From: Phyllobacteriaceae bacterium
GTDB taxonomy: Bacteria; Pseudomonadota; Alphaproteobacteria; Rhizobiales; Rhizobiaceae
Reading direction: 5' to 3'
Length of the DNA stretch: 64,000 bases
NCBI GenBank assembly: GCA_016711085.1
Contig: JADJTR010000005.1
Location: forward strand, 230,727-294,726
The notes below the pieces were generated by a model, which was not told where the DNA came from, ran no database searches, and saw nothing but the letters and a program-made list of their open reading frames with translations. Position numbers and translations under genes: made by a program. This document shows positions 24,389 through 35,112 of this stretch, one piece after another. Position 1 is the first letter of the stretch. Each line of letters opens with the position of its first letter.

Positions 24389-26614
24389 ATGACCGGAATC
24401 GGCTTCGGCCTGGAAAGGGTCGGGCTTTGGGCGCTGCGCTGGCCGCGCTTCGCCGCCGCGATCCTGTTCCTCCTGACGGCGCTTTCCGCCGTCGGCCTTG
24501 CCCGCGTCGAGTTCGACGACGACGTGGTCCGAGCCTTCCGCTCGGACAGCGAATCCTACACCGATTTCCTTGCCTTGGAGAAGGCGCGCGGCGGCGCGCT
24601 CAACCCCGTCAGCCTGTTGGTCGCCAGCGATCATCCCTGGACGGCAGGCGAACTGAAAACGCTGCGCGAACTGCATCTCGACCTCGAATTCATCGACGGC
24701 GTCGAGACGGTGCAATCGCTTTTTTCGCTACGTGCAATGGGGCCGGGCCTCGAAGCCGGCGCACCGGTCGTGCCCGACGAATTCGCCGACTCCGATGTTC
24801 CGGCCCTGCTGGTCCGCGCCGCCGCCGATCCGCTGACCGCCGGGCGGACTGTTTCCGCCGACGGAAGTTCGTTGTTTTTCGCCGTGTTTGACGATTCCAG
24901 CCATTCGTCGCGCGACGACCGCCGCGCCTATGTCGCCGAGATCGAAGCCATGGTCGCAGCCCGCCCGCTTGCCGGCGTCGCGATCAATGTGCTCGGCTAC
25001 GACAAGTCGCGTTTCGAGATCGCCGACGCCATCAAGCGCGACATTGCGATCTATTCGGTCGGCGGTTTCGCCTTATCGTTTTTTCTTGCGGCGTTGTGGT
25101 TCGCCAATTGGCGCTTCACCCTTCTCGCGTTCCTGCCGAACGCCATCGCCGTGCTCTGGGCGCTCGGCCTGGCCGGCTTCGCCGGCGTTCCGTTGACGGT
25201 CACGACCGACGTCGTGCCGGTTCTCGTTCTCGTCATCGCGTTTACCGATTCCATGCATCTCGCCCATGCGCTGCGTTTCGAAAGGGCTGGCGACCGGGCC
25301 GGGCTCGTCGCGGCGCTCGATCGCGTCCTCCGGCGCATCGGTCCGGCCTGTGTGCTGACGTCGCTGACTACCGCGGTCGCCATCCTGTCGCTTGCCACCG
25401 CGCGATACGGGGCCTTGGTCGACATGGCCGTGTTCGGCGGTTTCGGCGTGTTGTCGGCCTTTGTCGCCGTGCTTTTGTCGTTCGCCGTCATCGCGCCCTT
25501 TTTGGTCCGGCCGGTCGACATCGGCGGCAAATCGGCCGAATCGCTGCCCGGTCACAGCCTGTTCGCGTGGATGGCCGGCATCGTTCCCCGCCGGCGGAAA
25601 TCCATTCTCGCAGTCGCCTTCGCCCTCCTCGCCATCGGCGCCATCGGTCAGGCGACGACGCGTCCGCATTTTTCCACCTACGACAATCTGCCGGAGGACA
25701 GCACCACGCGCACCGCCAGCATCGCCGCCGAAGACCGCTTCGCCGGCGTGTTCACCCTGTGGACCGGCATCGCCGCCGATGCGCCGGACGCCGGCTGGAC
25801 CCGCCTTGTCGCCATCCACAAGGCGGCCGAGAATATCGTCGGGCGCGAGGCCGTAACCTCTCTTGTCAGCGCCGCCCGCGCCGCCGGCCATGGCGAACGG
25901 CCATTGGACGCGGCCGAGCGCGAGAGGCTCCCGGACTGGCTGCTTTCCCGCTACGGCGACTTTTCGCGCGGCGCCTACGCGATCGCCATCCAGTTCGGCG
26001 ATGCGGGACGCTCGGCCGAAAGCATCGCCCGTTTCGACGCAGTCGAACAGGCGGTGCTTGCCGCCGGCGCTTTCCGTCCGGCCGGTTCGCCGGCGCTTGC
26101 CCGCCATGACGGGCCGCGCCTGGTCACCCAGTTGCTGTGGTCGTTGTTGGCGTCCGCCGTTCTTTCGGTTGGCCTGATCGCCGTGGCGATGCGCAACGCG
26201 CGTCTCGTGCCGGCCGTCGCCCTTGCCAATGTCGTACCCGTGCTGTTGACCGGCGCCGTGCTGCACCTGACCGCCGACGGACGCATGTCGGTTTCGGCGG
26301 GGCTTGCCACAACCATCGCCTTCGGCATCGCCGTCGACGACACGATCCATTTTCTCAACCGTGCGCTGGAACGGATGCGCGCCGGCGAAAGCCTCGATGG
26401 CGCGATCGCGGGATCCCTGGTGCCGCTGGCGCCGATCCTGACCGCGACAACGTTCATTTTGGTGGCCGGCGTCGCGCTGACGCTGTCTTCCGACTTCGTC
26501 ACCGTGCGCGATTTCGGTTATCTGGTCGTCGTCATCCTTGTTTTCGCCCTGATTTCCGATCTCGTGATCCTGCCCGCCGCGCTTTTGACCTGGACGAAAT
26601 GGTTTCGCCGATGA
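24389..26614 (+). CDS. MMPL/RND-superfamily transporter
   Basis: ORF 24335..26614, with the start at MTGIGFGLERVG (24389). Two blocks of TM helices, each following a soluble loop, which is typical MMPL topology. Confidence 0.7.
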   Translation: MTGIGFGLERVGLWALRWPRFAAAILFLLTALSAVGLARVEFDDDVVRAFRSDSESYTDFLALEKARGGALNPVSLLVASDHPWTAGELKTLRELHLDLEFIDGVETVQSLFSLRAMGPGLEAGAPVVPDEFADSDVPALLVRAAADPLTAGRTVSADGSSLFFAVFDDSSHSSRDDRRAYVAEIEAMVAARPLAGVAINVLGYDKSRFEIADAIKRDIAIYSVGGFALSFFLAALWFANWRFTLLAFLPNAIAVLWALGLAGFAGVPLTVTTDVVPVLVLVIAFTDSMHLAHALRFERAGDRAGLVAALDRVLRRIGPACVLTSLTTAVAILSLATARYGALVDMAVFGGFGVLSAFVAVLLSFAVIAPFLVRPVDIGGKSAESLPGHSLFAWMAGIVPRRRKSILAVAFALLAIGAIGQATTRPHFSTYDNLPEDSTTRTASIAAEDRFAGVFTLWTGIAADAPDAGWTRLVAIHKAAENIVGREAVTSLVSAARAAGHGERPLDAAERERLPDWLLSRYGDFSRGAYAIAIQFGDAGRSAESIARFDAVEQAVLAAGAFRPAGSPALARHDGPRLVTQLLWSLLASAVLSVGLIAVAMRNARLVPAVALANVVPVLLTGAVLHLTADGRMSVSAGLATTIAFGIAVDDTIHFLNRALERMRAGESLDGAIAGSLVPLAPILTATTFILVAGVALTLSSDFVTVRDFGYLVVVILVFALISDLVILPAALLTWTKWFRR

Positions 26615-27096
26615 TTTCCCGCCTTGCCCTGCTCGCCAGCCTGATCCTGACCACGCCAACCGTCGCCGGTTCGCTCGAACCCTTCGCCGGAACCTTCAAG
26701 GGAACCGGTACAGCGCGCATCCGCCCGACGGAACCGGCCGAGGCGACGCGCTGCCGCCTCACCGCGACGTTGTCCGACGATGGGCGTGTCTTGAAGCAGT
26801 CCGGGCAATGCGCCGTTCCCGGCCACAAGGTCGGCATCGGCGGCACCGTTCGTTTCGACCCGAAATCCGGCGTATTGACCGGCAGCTGGCGCGATGTCGC
26901 CACCGGTCGCAACGGCGCGCTCTCCGGCCGATTCGACGGCGCGGCGATGCGCCTCACCATGATCGTCGACAACCCTGCCGAGGGCGAACCGCCGAGCTAC
27001 ACGATGTCTGTGACGCCCGTCGGCGACGGCTACCGGTTCGTCACGCGCGCGCCCGGCGTCGCCGAACCAATGGCCAATCTCACCTTCGGAAAATAA
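26611..27096 (+). CDS. hypothetical secreted protein
   Basis: Last 161 codons of ORF 26137..27096. Signal-peptide-like MISRLALLASLILTTPTVAGS. ATGA overlap with the MMPL gene stop. Confidence 0.5.
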   Translation: MISRLALLASLILTTPTVAGSLEPFAGTFKGTGTARIRPTEPAEATRCRLTATLSDDGRVLKQSGQCAVPGHKVGIGGTVRFDPKSGVLTGSWRDVATGRNGALSGRFDGAAMRLTMIVDNPAEGEPPSYTMSVTPVGDGYRFVTRAPGVAEPMANLTFGK

Positions 27097-29040
27097 TCAG
27101 ACCACGACCTGCGTGCCGATCTCGACCACGCGCCCGGTCGGGATCTGGAAATACTCCGTCGCGTCCGATGCGTTGCGCGCCAGGGCGATGAACAGCTTGT
27201 CCTGCCACAGCGGCATGCCGGAATTGACCGAGGCTTTGAGCGAACGGCGGGACAGGAAGAACGAGGTCGACATGATGTCGAACTTCCAGCCGAGCTTGCG
27301 GCAGATCGCCAGGGCCTTCGGAATGTTCGGCTCTTCCATGAAGCCGAACCGCAAGATGATGCGCGTGAACAATTGCCCCTCGCGCTCCATCGACACGCGC
27401 TCGGAAATCGGCACGCGCGGCTGCGGCAGGATCTTTACCGACAGGATGACGTTTTCTTCGTGCAGCACCTTGTAATGCTTGAGGCTGTGAAGCAGCGCGG
27501 TAGGCGCGCTGTCCGGATCGGCAGACAGGAAAACCGCTGTTCCTGGCACCTTGTGCGGCGGCTTGCGTTCCAGTTGTCCGGTGAGAAGCGACAGGGGCAC
27601 CTCGGCCTTGCGGGTTTTCTCAAACAGGATGCCGCTGCCGCGCGTCCACGTCCACATGATGATGAACATCATCAGCGCCACGGCGATCGAGACGAAGCCG
27701 CCATCGATGAATTTGGTGGCGTTGGCGGCGAAAAACAGCGATTCGAGCGCCGCGAACGGCGCGGCGATCAGGAACGCCACCCACACCGAACGCTTCCATA
27801 CCCGCCAGATGACGACGAACAGCAACAGCGCCGTCATCACCATTTCGCCGGTGACCGAAATGCCGTAGGCCGAGGCGAGTCGTTCCGACGAACCGAATCC
27901 GAGCACCAGCATCAGCACGCCGATCAGCAGCAGCGTGTTGACGCGCGGCATGAAAATCTGCCCCGACTGCGTTTCCGACGTGTGCTTGACCTGGAAGCGC
28001 GGCAGCAATTGCAGCTGGATCGCCTGACGGGTCAGCGAATACGCCCCCGAAATCACCGCCTGGCTGGCGATGATGGTGGCGAGCGTGGCGAGGATCACCA
28101 TCGGCAGCGTCGCCCAGTCCGGCACCATCTCGAACAGCGGCTGGCCGATCGGCTGGTTGTGCGCGATCACATAGGCGCCCTGACCGAAATAATTGAGCAG
28201 CAGGCAGGGAAACACCAGCGCGAACCAGGCGAGCGTGATCGGCTTGCGGCCGAAATGGCCGAGATCGACGTAGAGCGCCTCGGCCCCGGTGACGGCGAGA
28301 AAGGCCGCGCCGATGACCGCGAAGGCGACGCCTGGATGTCCGTAAAGGAACGATACGGCCTCCAGCGGATTGATCGCCGCGAAGATCGCCGGATAGTCGA
28401 ACACATGCACCGCGCCGGTGACGCCGAGCACGACGAACCACAGTGCGGTGAGCGGCCCGAACACGATGGCGACCTTGGCCGTGCCGAACGACTGGACGGC
28501 GAACAGGCCGACGATGATCAGCACCGTCAGCGGCACGACGAACTCGCCGAAACGCGGCGACACGATTTCGAGGCCTTCGACGGCGGACAGCACCGAAATC
28601 GCTGGCGTGATGATGGCGTCGCCGAAAAACAGCGATGCCCCGACCATGCCGACAATCAGCACGATCCATTTGTACTGGCCGTCGACCGCCTCGCGCGCCA
28701 GCGTCATGATCGACAGCGTACCGCCCTCGCCGCGGTTGTCGGCGCGCAGCACGAAGCCGACATATTTGACCGTGACGATGAGGGTGAGCGCCCACAGGAT
28801 GATCGAGAGGACGCCGATCACCTGATCCGCCGTCGGCGCGGCGTCGTGGCTGACGGCGCGCAGCGCCTCGCGCAGCGCATAGAGCGGGCTGGTGCCGATG
28901 TCGCCATAGACAACGCCGATGGCGCCGAGCGCCAACGCCGCCACACCCTTGGAATCGCCGTGACCATGGCTGTCGCCAGAGCCGTTGACCGGCGCGCCGG
29001 CATTTTCAGCCATTGGCGCGCCACCGCTTGTTTCAGCCAC
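27097..29040 (-). CDS. kup: KUP-family potassium uptake protein
   Basis: 647-aa polytopic ORF with the KUP signature YGDIGTSPLYAL. GTG start at 29040, with an alternative ATG at 29013. Confidence 0.9.
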   Translation of the reverse strand: MAETSGGAPMAENAGAPVNGSGDSHGHGDSKGVAALALGAIGVVYGDIGTSPLYALREALRAVSHDAAPTADQVIGVLSIILWALTLIVTVKYVGFVLRADNRGEGGTLSIMTLAREAVDGQYKWIVLIVGMVGASLFFGDAIITPAISVLSAVEGLEIVSPRFGEFVVPLTVLIIVGLFAVQSFGTAKVAIVFGPLTALWFVVLGVTGAVHVFDYPAIFAAINPLEAVSFLYGHPGVAFAVIGAAFLAVTGAEALYVDLGHFGRKPITLAWFALVFPCLLLNYFGQGAYVIAHNQPIGQPLFEMVPDWATLPMVILATLATIIASQAVISGAYSLTRQAIQLQLLPRFQVKHTSETQSGQIFMPRVNTLLLIGVLMLVLGFGSSERLASAYGISVTGEMVMTALLLFVVIWRVWKRSVWVAFLIAAPFAALESLFFAANATKFIDGGFVSIAVALMMFIIMWTWTRGSGILFEKTRKAEVPLSLLTGQLERKPPHKVPGTAVFLSADPDSAPTALLHSLKHYKVLHEENVILSVKILPQPRVPISERVSMEREGQLFTRIILRFGFMEEPNIPKALAICRKLGWKFDIMSTSFFLSRRSLKASVNSGMPLWQDKLFIALARNASDATEYFQIPTGRVVEIGTQVVV

Positions 29041-29127
29041 GATCGGCTCTCCGTGCAGGACGGCGGCGTTTACGCCCCGCGCGCCATGAAATCAAGACGG
29101 GCGAAAGGTTATGCCCCGATTGCGGCA

Positions 29128-29871
29128 TCAGCCACAGGCCGAAACGAAGCGCCGCACTGTTTGCGCCATGCCGAATTCGAGCGCGTCCGCCGTCAGGCCG
29201 TGGCCGATCGAGACCTCGAGCAAATGCGGGATCGCCTGCGCCAGCGCCGGCAGGTTGGCGACCGTCAGATCGTGCCCGGCGTTGACGCCCAACCCGGCTT
29301 CCTTTGCCAGCGCTGCGGTTTTGGCGAGCTTTTGCAAAGACTTGGCGCTCCGGACTGAATCGTCGTGGCAGGAACCGTAAGGACCGGTGTAGAGCTCGAT
29401 ACGGTCCGCCCCGGTCGCCTTCGCCGCCGTGATCGCGCGCTCGTCGAGATCCGGTTCGGAAAACAGCGACACGCGCAGGCCCTTGAATTTGAGCCGCGTC
29501 ACCGTTTCGCGCAGGTAGCGTTGGTCGGCGATGAAATCCCAGCCATGGTCCGATGTCGGCTGCGCCGGATCGTCCGGCACCAGCGTCACCTGCTCGGGCT
29601 CGTGGCGTTCGACGAGCGCCAGGAAATCCTCGCTCGGATAGCCCTCGATGTTGAATTCGGCGCCGGGGAATTCGTCGTCGATCAGGGCGCGGATGTCCGG
29701 CAGGTCGCTGAAACGGATGTGGCGCTCGTCCGGCCGCGGATGCACGGTCAGGCCGTGCGCGCCGGCGGCAAGCGCGATGCGGCCGAGATGCGTCAGGCTT
29801 GGCCAGGGCAGGTCACGGCGATTGCGCAAATAGGCGATGGCGTTGATGTTGACCGAAAGGCGGGCGGACAT
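29128..29871 (-). CDS. pdxJ: pyridoxine 5'-phosphate synthase
   Basis: 247-aa [22 protein letters not shown]...HPRPDERHI...EFNIEGYP... matches PdxJ length and motifs. Confidence 0.9.
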   Translation of the reverse strand: MSARLSVNINAIAYLRNRRDLPWPSLTHLGRIALAAGAHGLTVHPRPDERHIRFSDLPDIRALIDDEFPGAEFNIEGYPSEDFLALVERHEPEQVTLVPDDPAQPTSDHGWDFIADQRYLRETVTRLKFKGLRVSLFSEPDLDERAITAAKATGADRIELYTGPYGSCHDDSVRSAKSLQKLAKTAALAKEAGLGVNAGHDLTVANLPALAQAIPHLLEVSIGHGLTADALEFGMAQTVRRFVSACG

Positions 29872-29973
29872 GGAGCGATTCCGGTTGATCGGGGCGGACC
29901 ATAACGAATTTTTCCCGCCATTCCAGACAATCGGCTGGCAGTTGCAATTGCCCGTGGCTCGGGCACACTTTGT

Positions 29974-30852
29974 TTGGAAGCGACATGCGGGGCCGAAGTG
30001 ATCTCAATCGTTGACTCGATTTCCTTGCCTGGTTTCGACGACCGCGCCAACGAAGACCGTTTCGGCTTCACCGACGACGCCGCCTTCGTCATCGACGGGG
30101 CGACGGGTCTCGGCAATCCGCTATTGACCGGTCCGGGTGGTTCGGACGCTGCATGGATCGCCGATTTCGCCGCGCTCGGCTTCGAGGCCATGTTGGCGAA
30201 AGGCGGCTCGGTCGTCGATGCGGTGCGCGCCGTCAACACCGACGTGCTGCGCCTCGTCGGGCTCTGCGCGCCCGACGCGCCCGACTGGGCCCTGCCGATC
30301 GCCGGCTTCCAGGCGGTGACCTGGCGCAACGGCCTGCTGGAAACCTGGGGCCTTGGCGATTGTTCGTTGATCGTCATCGACGCGGCCGGCGCGACATGGC
30401 GCGCGTCGGGCCTTCCCGGCGCGGCCGAACGCGAACGCGCCGAAACCCGAGCCCGCAGCGACGAAACAGGCCCCCTCAATGGTCGCCAACTTTACGAAAT
30501 GCCGGACGTATTGGCCGGACTGCGCGAGGCCCGCGCCCGTTTCAACAAGCCCGGCCAGCCGGTCTGGACGCTCGGCGCCTCGCCCTCGGCCGCGAATCAC
30601 GTCAGCCGCATGGCCATCCACGCCGCGCTGCCGGCCGTCGGGCTGCTTGCCACCGATGGCTTCATGGCGCTTGTCGAAACCTATGGTCAGTTCGATCCCG
30701 CCGGCCTTGTCGCGGCGGCGGAAAACGACGGGCTGGAGATGCTCGGCAGCCTGCTGCGCCAGACCGAGCGCGTCGCCGATCCCGAATGCATCACCTGGCC
30801 GCGTTACAAGATCAGCGACGACGCGACCGCGATCCTGTTCGAGATCGGGTGA
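29974..30852 (+). CDS. hypothetical protein, possibly PP2C-like phosphatase fold
   Basis: 292-aa ORF (TTG at 29974, alternative GTG at 29998). NEDRFGF...FVIDGATG and GDCSL segments resemble PP2C_2-type proteins. This is a weak, motif-only call. Confidence 0.4.
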   Translation: MEATCGAEVISIVDSISLPGFDDRANEDRFGFTDDAAFVIDGATGLGNPLLTGPGGSDAAWIADFAALGFEAMLAKGGSVVDAVRAVNTDVLRLVGLCAPDAPDWALPIAGFQAVTWRNGLLETWGLGDCSLIVIDAAGATWRASGLPGAAERERAETRARSDETGPLNGRQLYEMPDVLAGLREARARFNKPGQPVWTLGASPSAANHVSRMAIHAALPAVGLLATDGFMALVETYGQFDPAGLVAAAENDGLEMLGSLLRQTERVADPECITWPRYKISDDATAILFEIG

Positions 30853-32171
30853 AGCCGGTGCGCGTTCTCGTTCTCGGCGGCTATGGCTTCATCGGCGAGG
30901 CCGTCTGCCGCGCCTTGGACGCGGCCGGGCGCGATGTCGCCGGGCTTGGGCGCGATACGACGCGCGCCGCTCGGCGCATGCCTTTCGTCCGCTGGATCAA
31001 GGCCGATTTGCGCGAACTTCAAACCGCCGAGGCGTGGTCGCGATTGCTGATCGGCGTCGACGCAATCGTCAATGCCGCTGGTGCGTTGCAGGATGGCGGC
31101 GGCGACAATCTCGACGCAACGCAGCACCGCGCCATGCTGGCGCTTTACCAAGCCGCCGCCGCGTCCCCGCCGATGATCGTGCAGATTTCCGCCAACACCG
31201 CCGGCGCCGGCGCGCAAACCGCCTTCATGGCCACCAAGCGAATGGCCGACGCCGCATTGGCGAAATCCGGCCTTCCCTTCGTCATCTTGCGCCCCGCTCT
31301 GGTCATCGGCCGCAACGCCCATGGCGGCACGGCCCTCGTTCGTGCCTTGGCGGCTTTTCCTTTCGGCGCGCCGCTGATCCATGGATCGGCCGAAGTGGCG
31401 ACAGTCGCGCTCGACGACGTCGCCACGGCCGTGGTCTCGGCGCTGGACGGGCGCATCCCGCCCCGGACCGACATGGCGCTTGCCCACCCGCGCAGGACGA
31501 CGCTCGCCGAACTCGTCGCCGCGCACCGCGCCTGGCTCGGTCTGCCGGCCGCGCCGTCCCGCCATGCGCCGGGTTGGCTGGCCCGCCTCGCCGGCGCGGC
31601 GGCGGACGCGGCCGGTCGTCTCGGCTGGCGCCCGCCGCTGCGCTCCACCGCGCTGGCCGTCATGGCGGGCGGCATTGAAGCGGCTGAATCGAAACATGAA
31701 CCGCCGGATTCCCTCCGCCCGGTTTCGGGCGTGATCCCCTTGAAATCACTGGCGGAAACGCTGGCTTCCAATCCCGCCGGCGTACAGGATTTGTGGTTCG
31801 CCCGCCTTTATCTGCTGAAACCGGCGCTCATTGTCGGCCTTGCCTTGTTCTGGATTTTCTCGGGATCGATCGCCCTGTTCCGTTTCGATCAATCGGCCGC
31901 CTATCTGGCGGCGACCGGTCTCGACGAAGGACTTTCCGGCGCGATGACCTGGGCGACCAGCCTCGCCGATATCGGTCTCGGCCTCGCCGTGATGTGGCGG
32001 TCATTCGCCGCGCGCGCGCTGATCGCCATGGTCGGCCTGTCGCTCGCCTATCTGGCGGCGGCGACGATCCTGTCGCCCGGTCTGTGGCTCGATCCGCTCG
32101 GCCCGTTGCTCAAGGTCGTCCCGTCGATCCTTCTGGCGCTGACGGCGCGCGCCATACTGGACGAACGCTGA
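30849..32171 (+). CDS. NAD(P)-binding SDR/epimerase-like domain fused to a DoxX-like membrane domain
   Basis: In-frame part of ORF 30153..32171. GTG at 30849 overlaps the upstream stop (GTGA). VLVLGGYGFIGEAV Rossmann motif, and a C-terminal ~130 aa with four hydrophobic helices. Confidence 0.6.
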   Translation: MKPVRVLVLGGYGFIGEAVCRALDAAGRDVAGLGRDTTRAARRMPFVRWIKADLRELQTAEAWSRLLIGVDAIVNAAGALQDGGGDNLDATQHRAMLALYQAAAASPPMIVQISANTAGAGAQTAFMATKRMADAALAKSGLPFVILRPALVIGRNAHGGTALVRALAAFPFGAPLIHGSAEVATVALDDVATAVVSALDGRIPPRTDMALAHPRRTTLAELVAAHRAWLGLPAAPSRHAPGWLARLAGAAADAAGRLGWRPPLRSTALAVMAGGIEAAESKHEPPDSLRPVSGVIPLKSLAETLASNPAGVQDLWFARLYLLKPALIVGLALFWIFSGSIALFRFDQSAAYLAATGLDEGLSGAMTWATSLADIGLGLAVMWRSFAARALIAMVGLSLAYLAAATILSPGLWLDPLGPLLKVVPSILLALTARAILDER

Positions 32172-32635
32172 TGGAAGAGGTCCTGCGCTTCCTCCATCTC
32201 GTCGGCGCGACAATCCTGCTCGGAACCGGCGCCGGCATCGCCTTTTTCATGGTCATGGCCAACCGCACCCGCGATCCGGCAACCATCGCCCATGTCGCGG
32301 CGACCGTGGTTGTCGCCGATCTGCTGTTCACCGCCACGGCCGTGGTCGCCCAGCCGGTCACCGGAATCCTGCTGGCCATGCAGGCGGGCTGGCCGCTGAC
32401 GACACCGTGGATCATGCTCGCGCTGGCGCTTTATGTCTTCACCGGCCTGTGCTGGTTGCCGGTCGTCTGGCTGCAAATGCGAATGCGCGACCTTGCCCGC
32501 GGTGCGGCCGCGAAGGGCGAAGCGCTTCCCGCGATCTATTTCCGCTTCTTTCGGATCTGGTTCGCGCTCGGCGTCCTGGCTTTCGCCGCCGTGCTCGCCA
32601 TCCTCTGGCTGATGCTGGCGCGGCCGGGGATGTGA
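32171..32635 (+). CDS. small integral membrane protein (DUF2269-like)
   Basis: Last 154 codons of ORF 31793..32635. ATG overlaps the upstream TGA (TGATG). Four predicted TM helices. Confidence 0.5.
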   Translation: MEEVLRFLHLVGATILLGTGAGIAFFMVMANRTRDPATIAHVAATVVVADLLFTATAVVAQPVTGILLAMQAGWPLTTPWIMLALALYVFTGLCWLPVVWLQMRMRDLARGAAAKGEALPAIYFRFFRIWFALGVLAFAAVLAILWLMLARPGM

Positions 32636-32638
32636 GGG

Positions 32639-33766
32639 CTACCGCACCACCGTCAAGCGCTCCGCCGCCCTTGTCACCGCCGTGTAGAGCCAGCGCTGGC
32701 GCATGTCCTTGAAGGCGAAGCTCTCGTCGAACAGCACGACGTTGTTCCACTGCGACCCTTGAGCCTTGTGCACGGTCAGCGCGTAGCCATAGTCGAAATC
32801 GTCGTAACGCTTCTTCGTCGCCCACGGGATGTCGGCGTCGGGTGTCTCGAACTGGGCCTTCAGCAGCTTGATCTTGGCGACGCCGCGATCCGGCTCGTCT
32901 TCCTCCGGCGTCACCAGCAGGTTGATGCCGGGCTTCACCGTCTCTTTCGACGAACTCATCGTCGTCCACAGCGAGCCGTTGAGCAGGCCCTTGGCCGGAT
33001 CGTTCCTGAGGCACACCAGCTTGTCGCCGGCCTGCGGATAAACCGCTGAAAAGCCTTTCAATTCGCGCAGACGCATGTTGTAGCGCCGCCGCGTCCGGTT
33101 GGTGCCGACGAGCACCTGGTCGGCGTCGAGCACGAGCTCCTGCGTCACCTCGTCCCGGCCGATCACCTGCGCCGCGCCATAGTCGCCGCGCATGAATTCG
33201 CGGCCTTCGCGCACGTCGAGGGCGAGGCGGATGATCGGGTTGTCGCGCGCCTGCCGGTGGATTTCGGTCAACAGGAAATCCGGTTCCGCCTCGGTGAAAT
33301 AGCCGGCGCCGGAAATCGGCGGCAATTGGCCGGGATCGCCGAGCACCAGCACCGGCGCGCCGAAGCTCAGCAGATCCTTCGCCAGCGGCTCGTCGACCAT
33401 CGAGCATTCGTCGACGATGACGAGCTTGGCCTTGGAAATCGGGCTTTGCCGGTTAAGCGCGAAGGTCGGCGTCATCGAGGTCTTGCCGGTCACCTCGTCG
33501 ACGGCTTCCTCCTCGCCCTTCGGCCGGTAGATCAGCGAATGGATGGTGCGCGCGTTCACCGCGCCGCGGTAGCGCATCACCTGCGCCGCCTTGCCGGTGA
33601 AGGCGGCGAACTGCACGTCGCCGTCGACATGCTCGGCGAAATGCTTCGCCAGCGTCGTCTTGCCGGTGCCGGCGTAGCCGAACAGGCGGAAAATCTGCGG
33701 CCGGCCGGTTTTCAGCCAGCGCGCGACCGCTTTCAACGCCTCGTCCTGTTGCGGGGAGAATTGCAT
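32639..33766 (-). CDS. RecD/Dda-like SF1 DNA helicase (compact, 375 aa)
   Basis: Walker A GYAGTGKTT, Walker B VIVDECSMV, LVLGDPGQLPP, and C-terminal ALTVHKAQGSQW. Confidence 0.75.
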   Translation of the reverse strand: MQFSPQQDEALKAVARWLKTGRPQIFRLFGYAGTGKTTLAKHFAEHVDGDVQFAAFTGKAAQVMRYRGAVNARTIHSLIYRPKGEEEAVDEVTGKTSMTPTFALNRQSPISKAKLVIVDECSMVDEPLAKDLLSFGAPVLVLGDPGQLPPISGAGYFTEAEPDFLLTEIHRQARDNPIIRLALDVREGREFMRGDYGAAQVIGRDEVTQELVLDADQVLVGTNRTRRRYNMRLRELKGFSAVYPQAGDKLVCLRNDPAKGLLNGSLWTTMSSSKETVKPGINLLVTPEEDEPDRGVAKIKLLKAQFETPDADIPWATKKRYDDFDYGYALTVHKAQGSQWNNVVLFDESFAFKDMRQRWLYTAVTRAAERLTVVR

Positions 33767-33877
33767 ATCGCGTCAGAGCAGATTCTTGCCGGATGGGAAA
33801 TGGAGCGCCAGCCGGTTGCGGGGATTGTTTACGCTTTTGCGTTACTCCTGCGCAATGGTCCGAAAGCAACTCATGCG

Positions 33878-35112
33878 ATGCCCAACGCCATGAAAGACAC
33901 CGAATCGCCCGGCGTCGTCATCCTCGGCGGCGCTCATGGCTCGTTGGCGCTGGCTCGCTCGCTCGGCGCCAAGGGCGTTCCCGCCTGGCTCGTCTCCAAC
34001 GATAATCCGCTGCCGGGCTGGTCGCGCCATTTCCGGAAGGTATTCGCCGGCCCGGTCCGGACGCGGACGAAGCGGCGTCCTTTATCACCGGTCTGGCGGT
34101 TCGCGAGGGCTTTTACGGCGCGCTTTTGGTGCCGGCTGGCGATGCCGAGGTCAGTTTCGCATCCCGGGCGAAAGCCGCGCTCGCGCCCGCGCTCGACGTC
34201 GTCCTGACACCGTGGGAGCGACTGGAGCGCGTCGTCGAAAAACCGCTCCTCTACAGGCTTTGCGCCGAACTCGAACTCGGTTGCCCGACAACATGGCCTT
34301 CGCGCAACCTGGTCGCCGGAGACCTTTCCGCATTGCGTTTTCCCGTCATCCTCAAGCCGAACATGGGCGGCGGCAAGGGCGCGCTGGCCCGGGCCAAGGT
34401 GATGCGCATCAACGAGCCACAGGCATTTGCCGCCGCCTTCAACGAAGCCTGCGCCGAGATCGGTGTCGACAATGTCGTTGTCCAGGAATTGGTTCCCGGC
34501 GGCGGCGAATGCCAGTTTTCCTATGCCGCGCTTTGGTTCGAAGGCGCGCCAATCGCCGAATATACGGCCCGACGCACCCGCCAGTACCCCGTCGACTTCG
34601 GCTATACGTCCACTTTTGTCGAAGTCGTCGACGAACCGGAGGTGGCTATCGCGTCCCGACGCCTGCTCACTTCCATCGGCCATCACGGACTGGTCGAGAT
34701 CGAGTTCAAGCGCGATCCGCGAGACGGCTCGTTGCGCGTGCTCGATGTCAATCCGCGTCCGTGGTCCTGGTTTGGCCTGTCGGCCGCCGCGGGCGTCGAT
34801 CTGGGGGCCATGTTGTGGGACAAGGCCAATGGGGCAACGCCGGCGCCGGCCATCGCCGAAACCGGCGTATCCTGGATGTACCTTGTTCGCGATTTCGTTT
34901 CCGCAGCGGTTCTTGCGCGGCGTGGGCCATCCTCCCTTCCCGACTGGTTCGCCAGCTTTGGCAAGGTACGCGCCTGGGCATGTTTTTCCGTCGGCGATCC
35001 GGTTCCCGGGTTGATCGACATCCCTCTGACGCTCTGGCGGGTCGTCAGTCGTCGCTTGCTGGCGCCCTTGCTGGCCGGCCTTGGCGGACGAAAAGTGGAA
35101 GAAAACGCGTGA
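33878..35112 (+). pseudogene. ATP-grasp family ligase, frame broken once
   Basis: N-terminus MPNAMKDTESPGVVILGGAHGSLALARSLG is in the tail of ORF 33257..34207. The rest is in ORF 34126..35112 (FPVILKPNMGGG, VVQELVPGGGECQFS, LVEIEFKRDPRDGSLRVLDVNPRPW). A 1-nt slip lies near 34050-34056. Confidence 0.7.
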
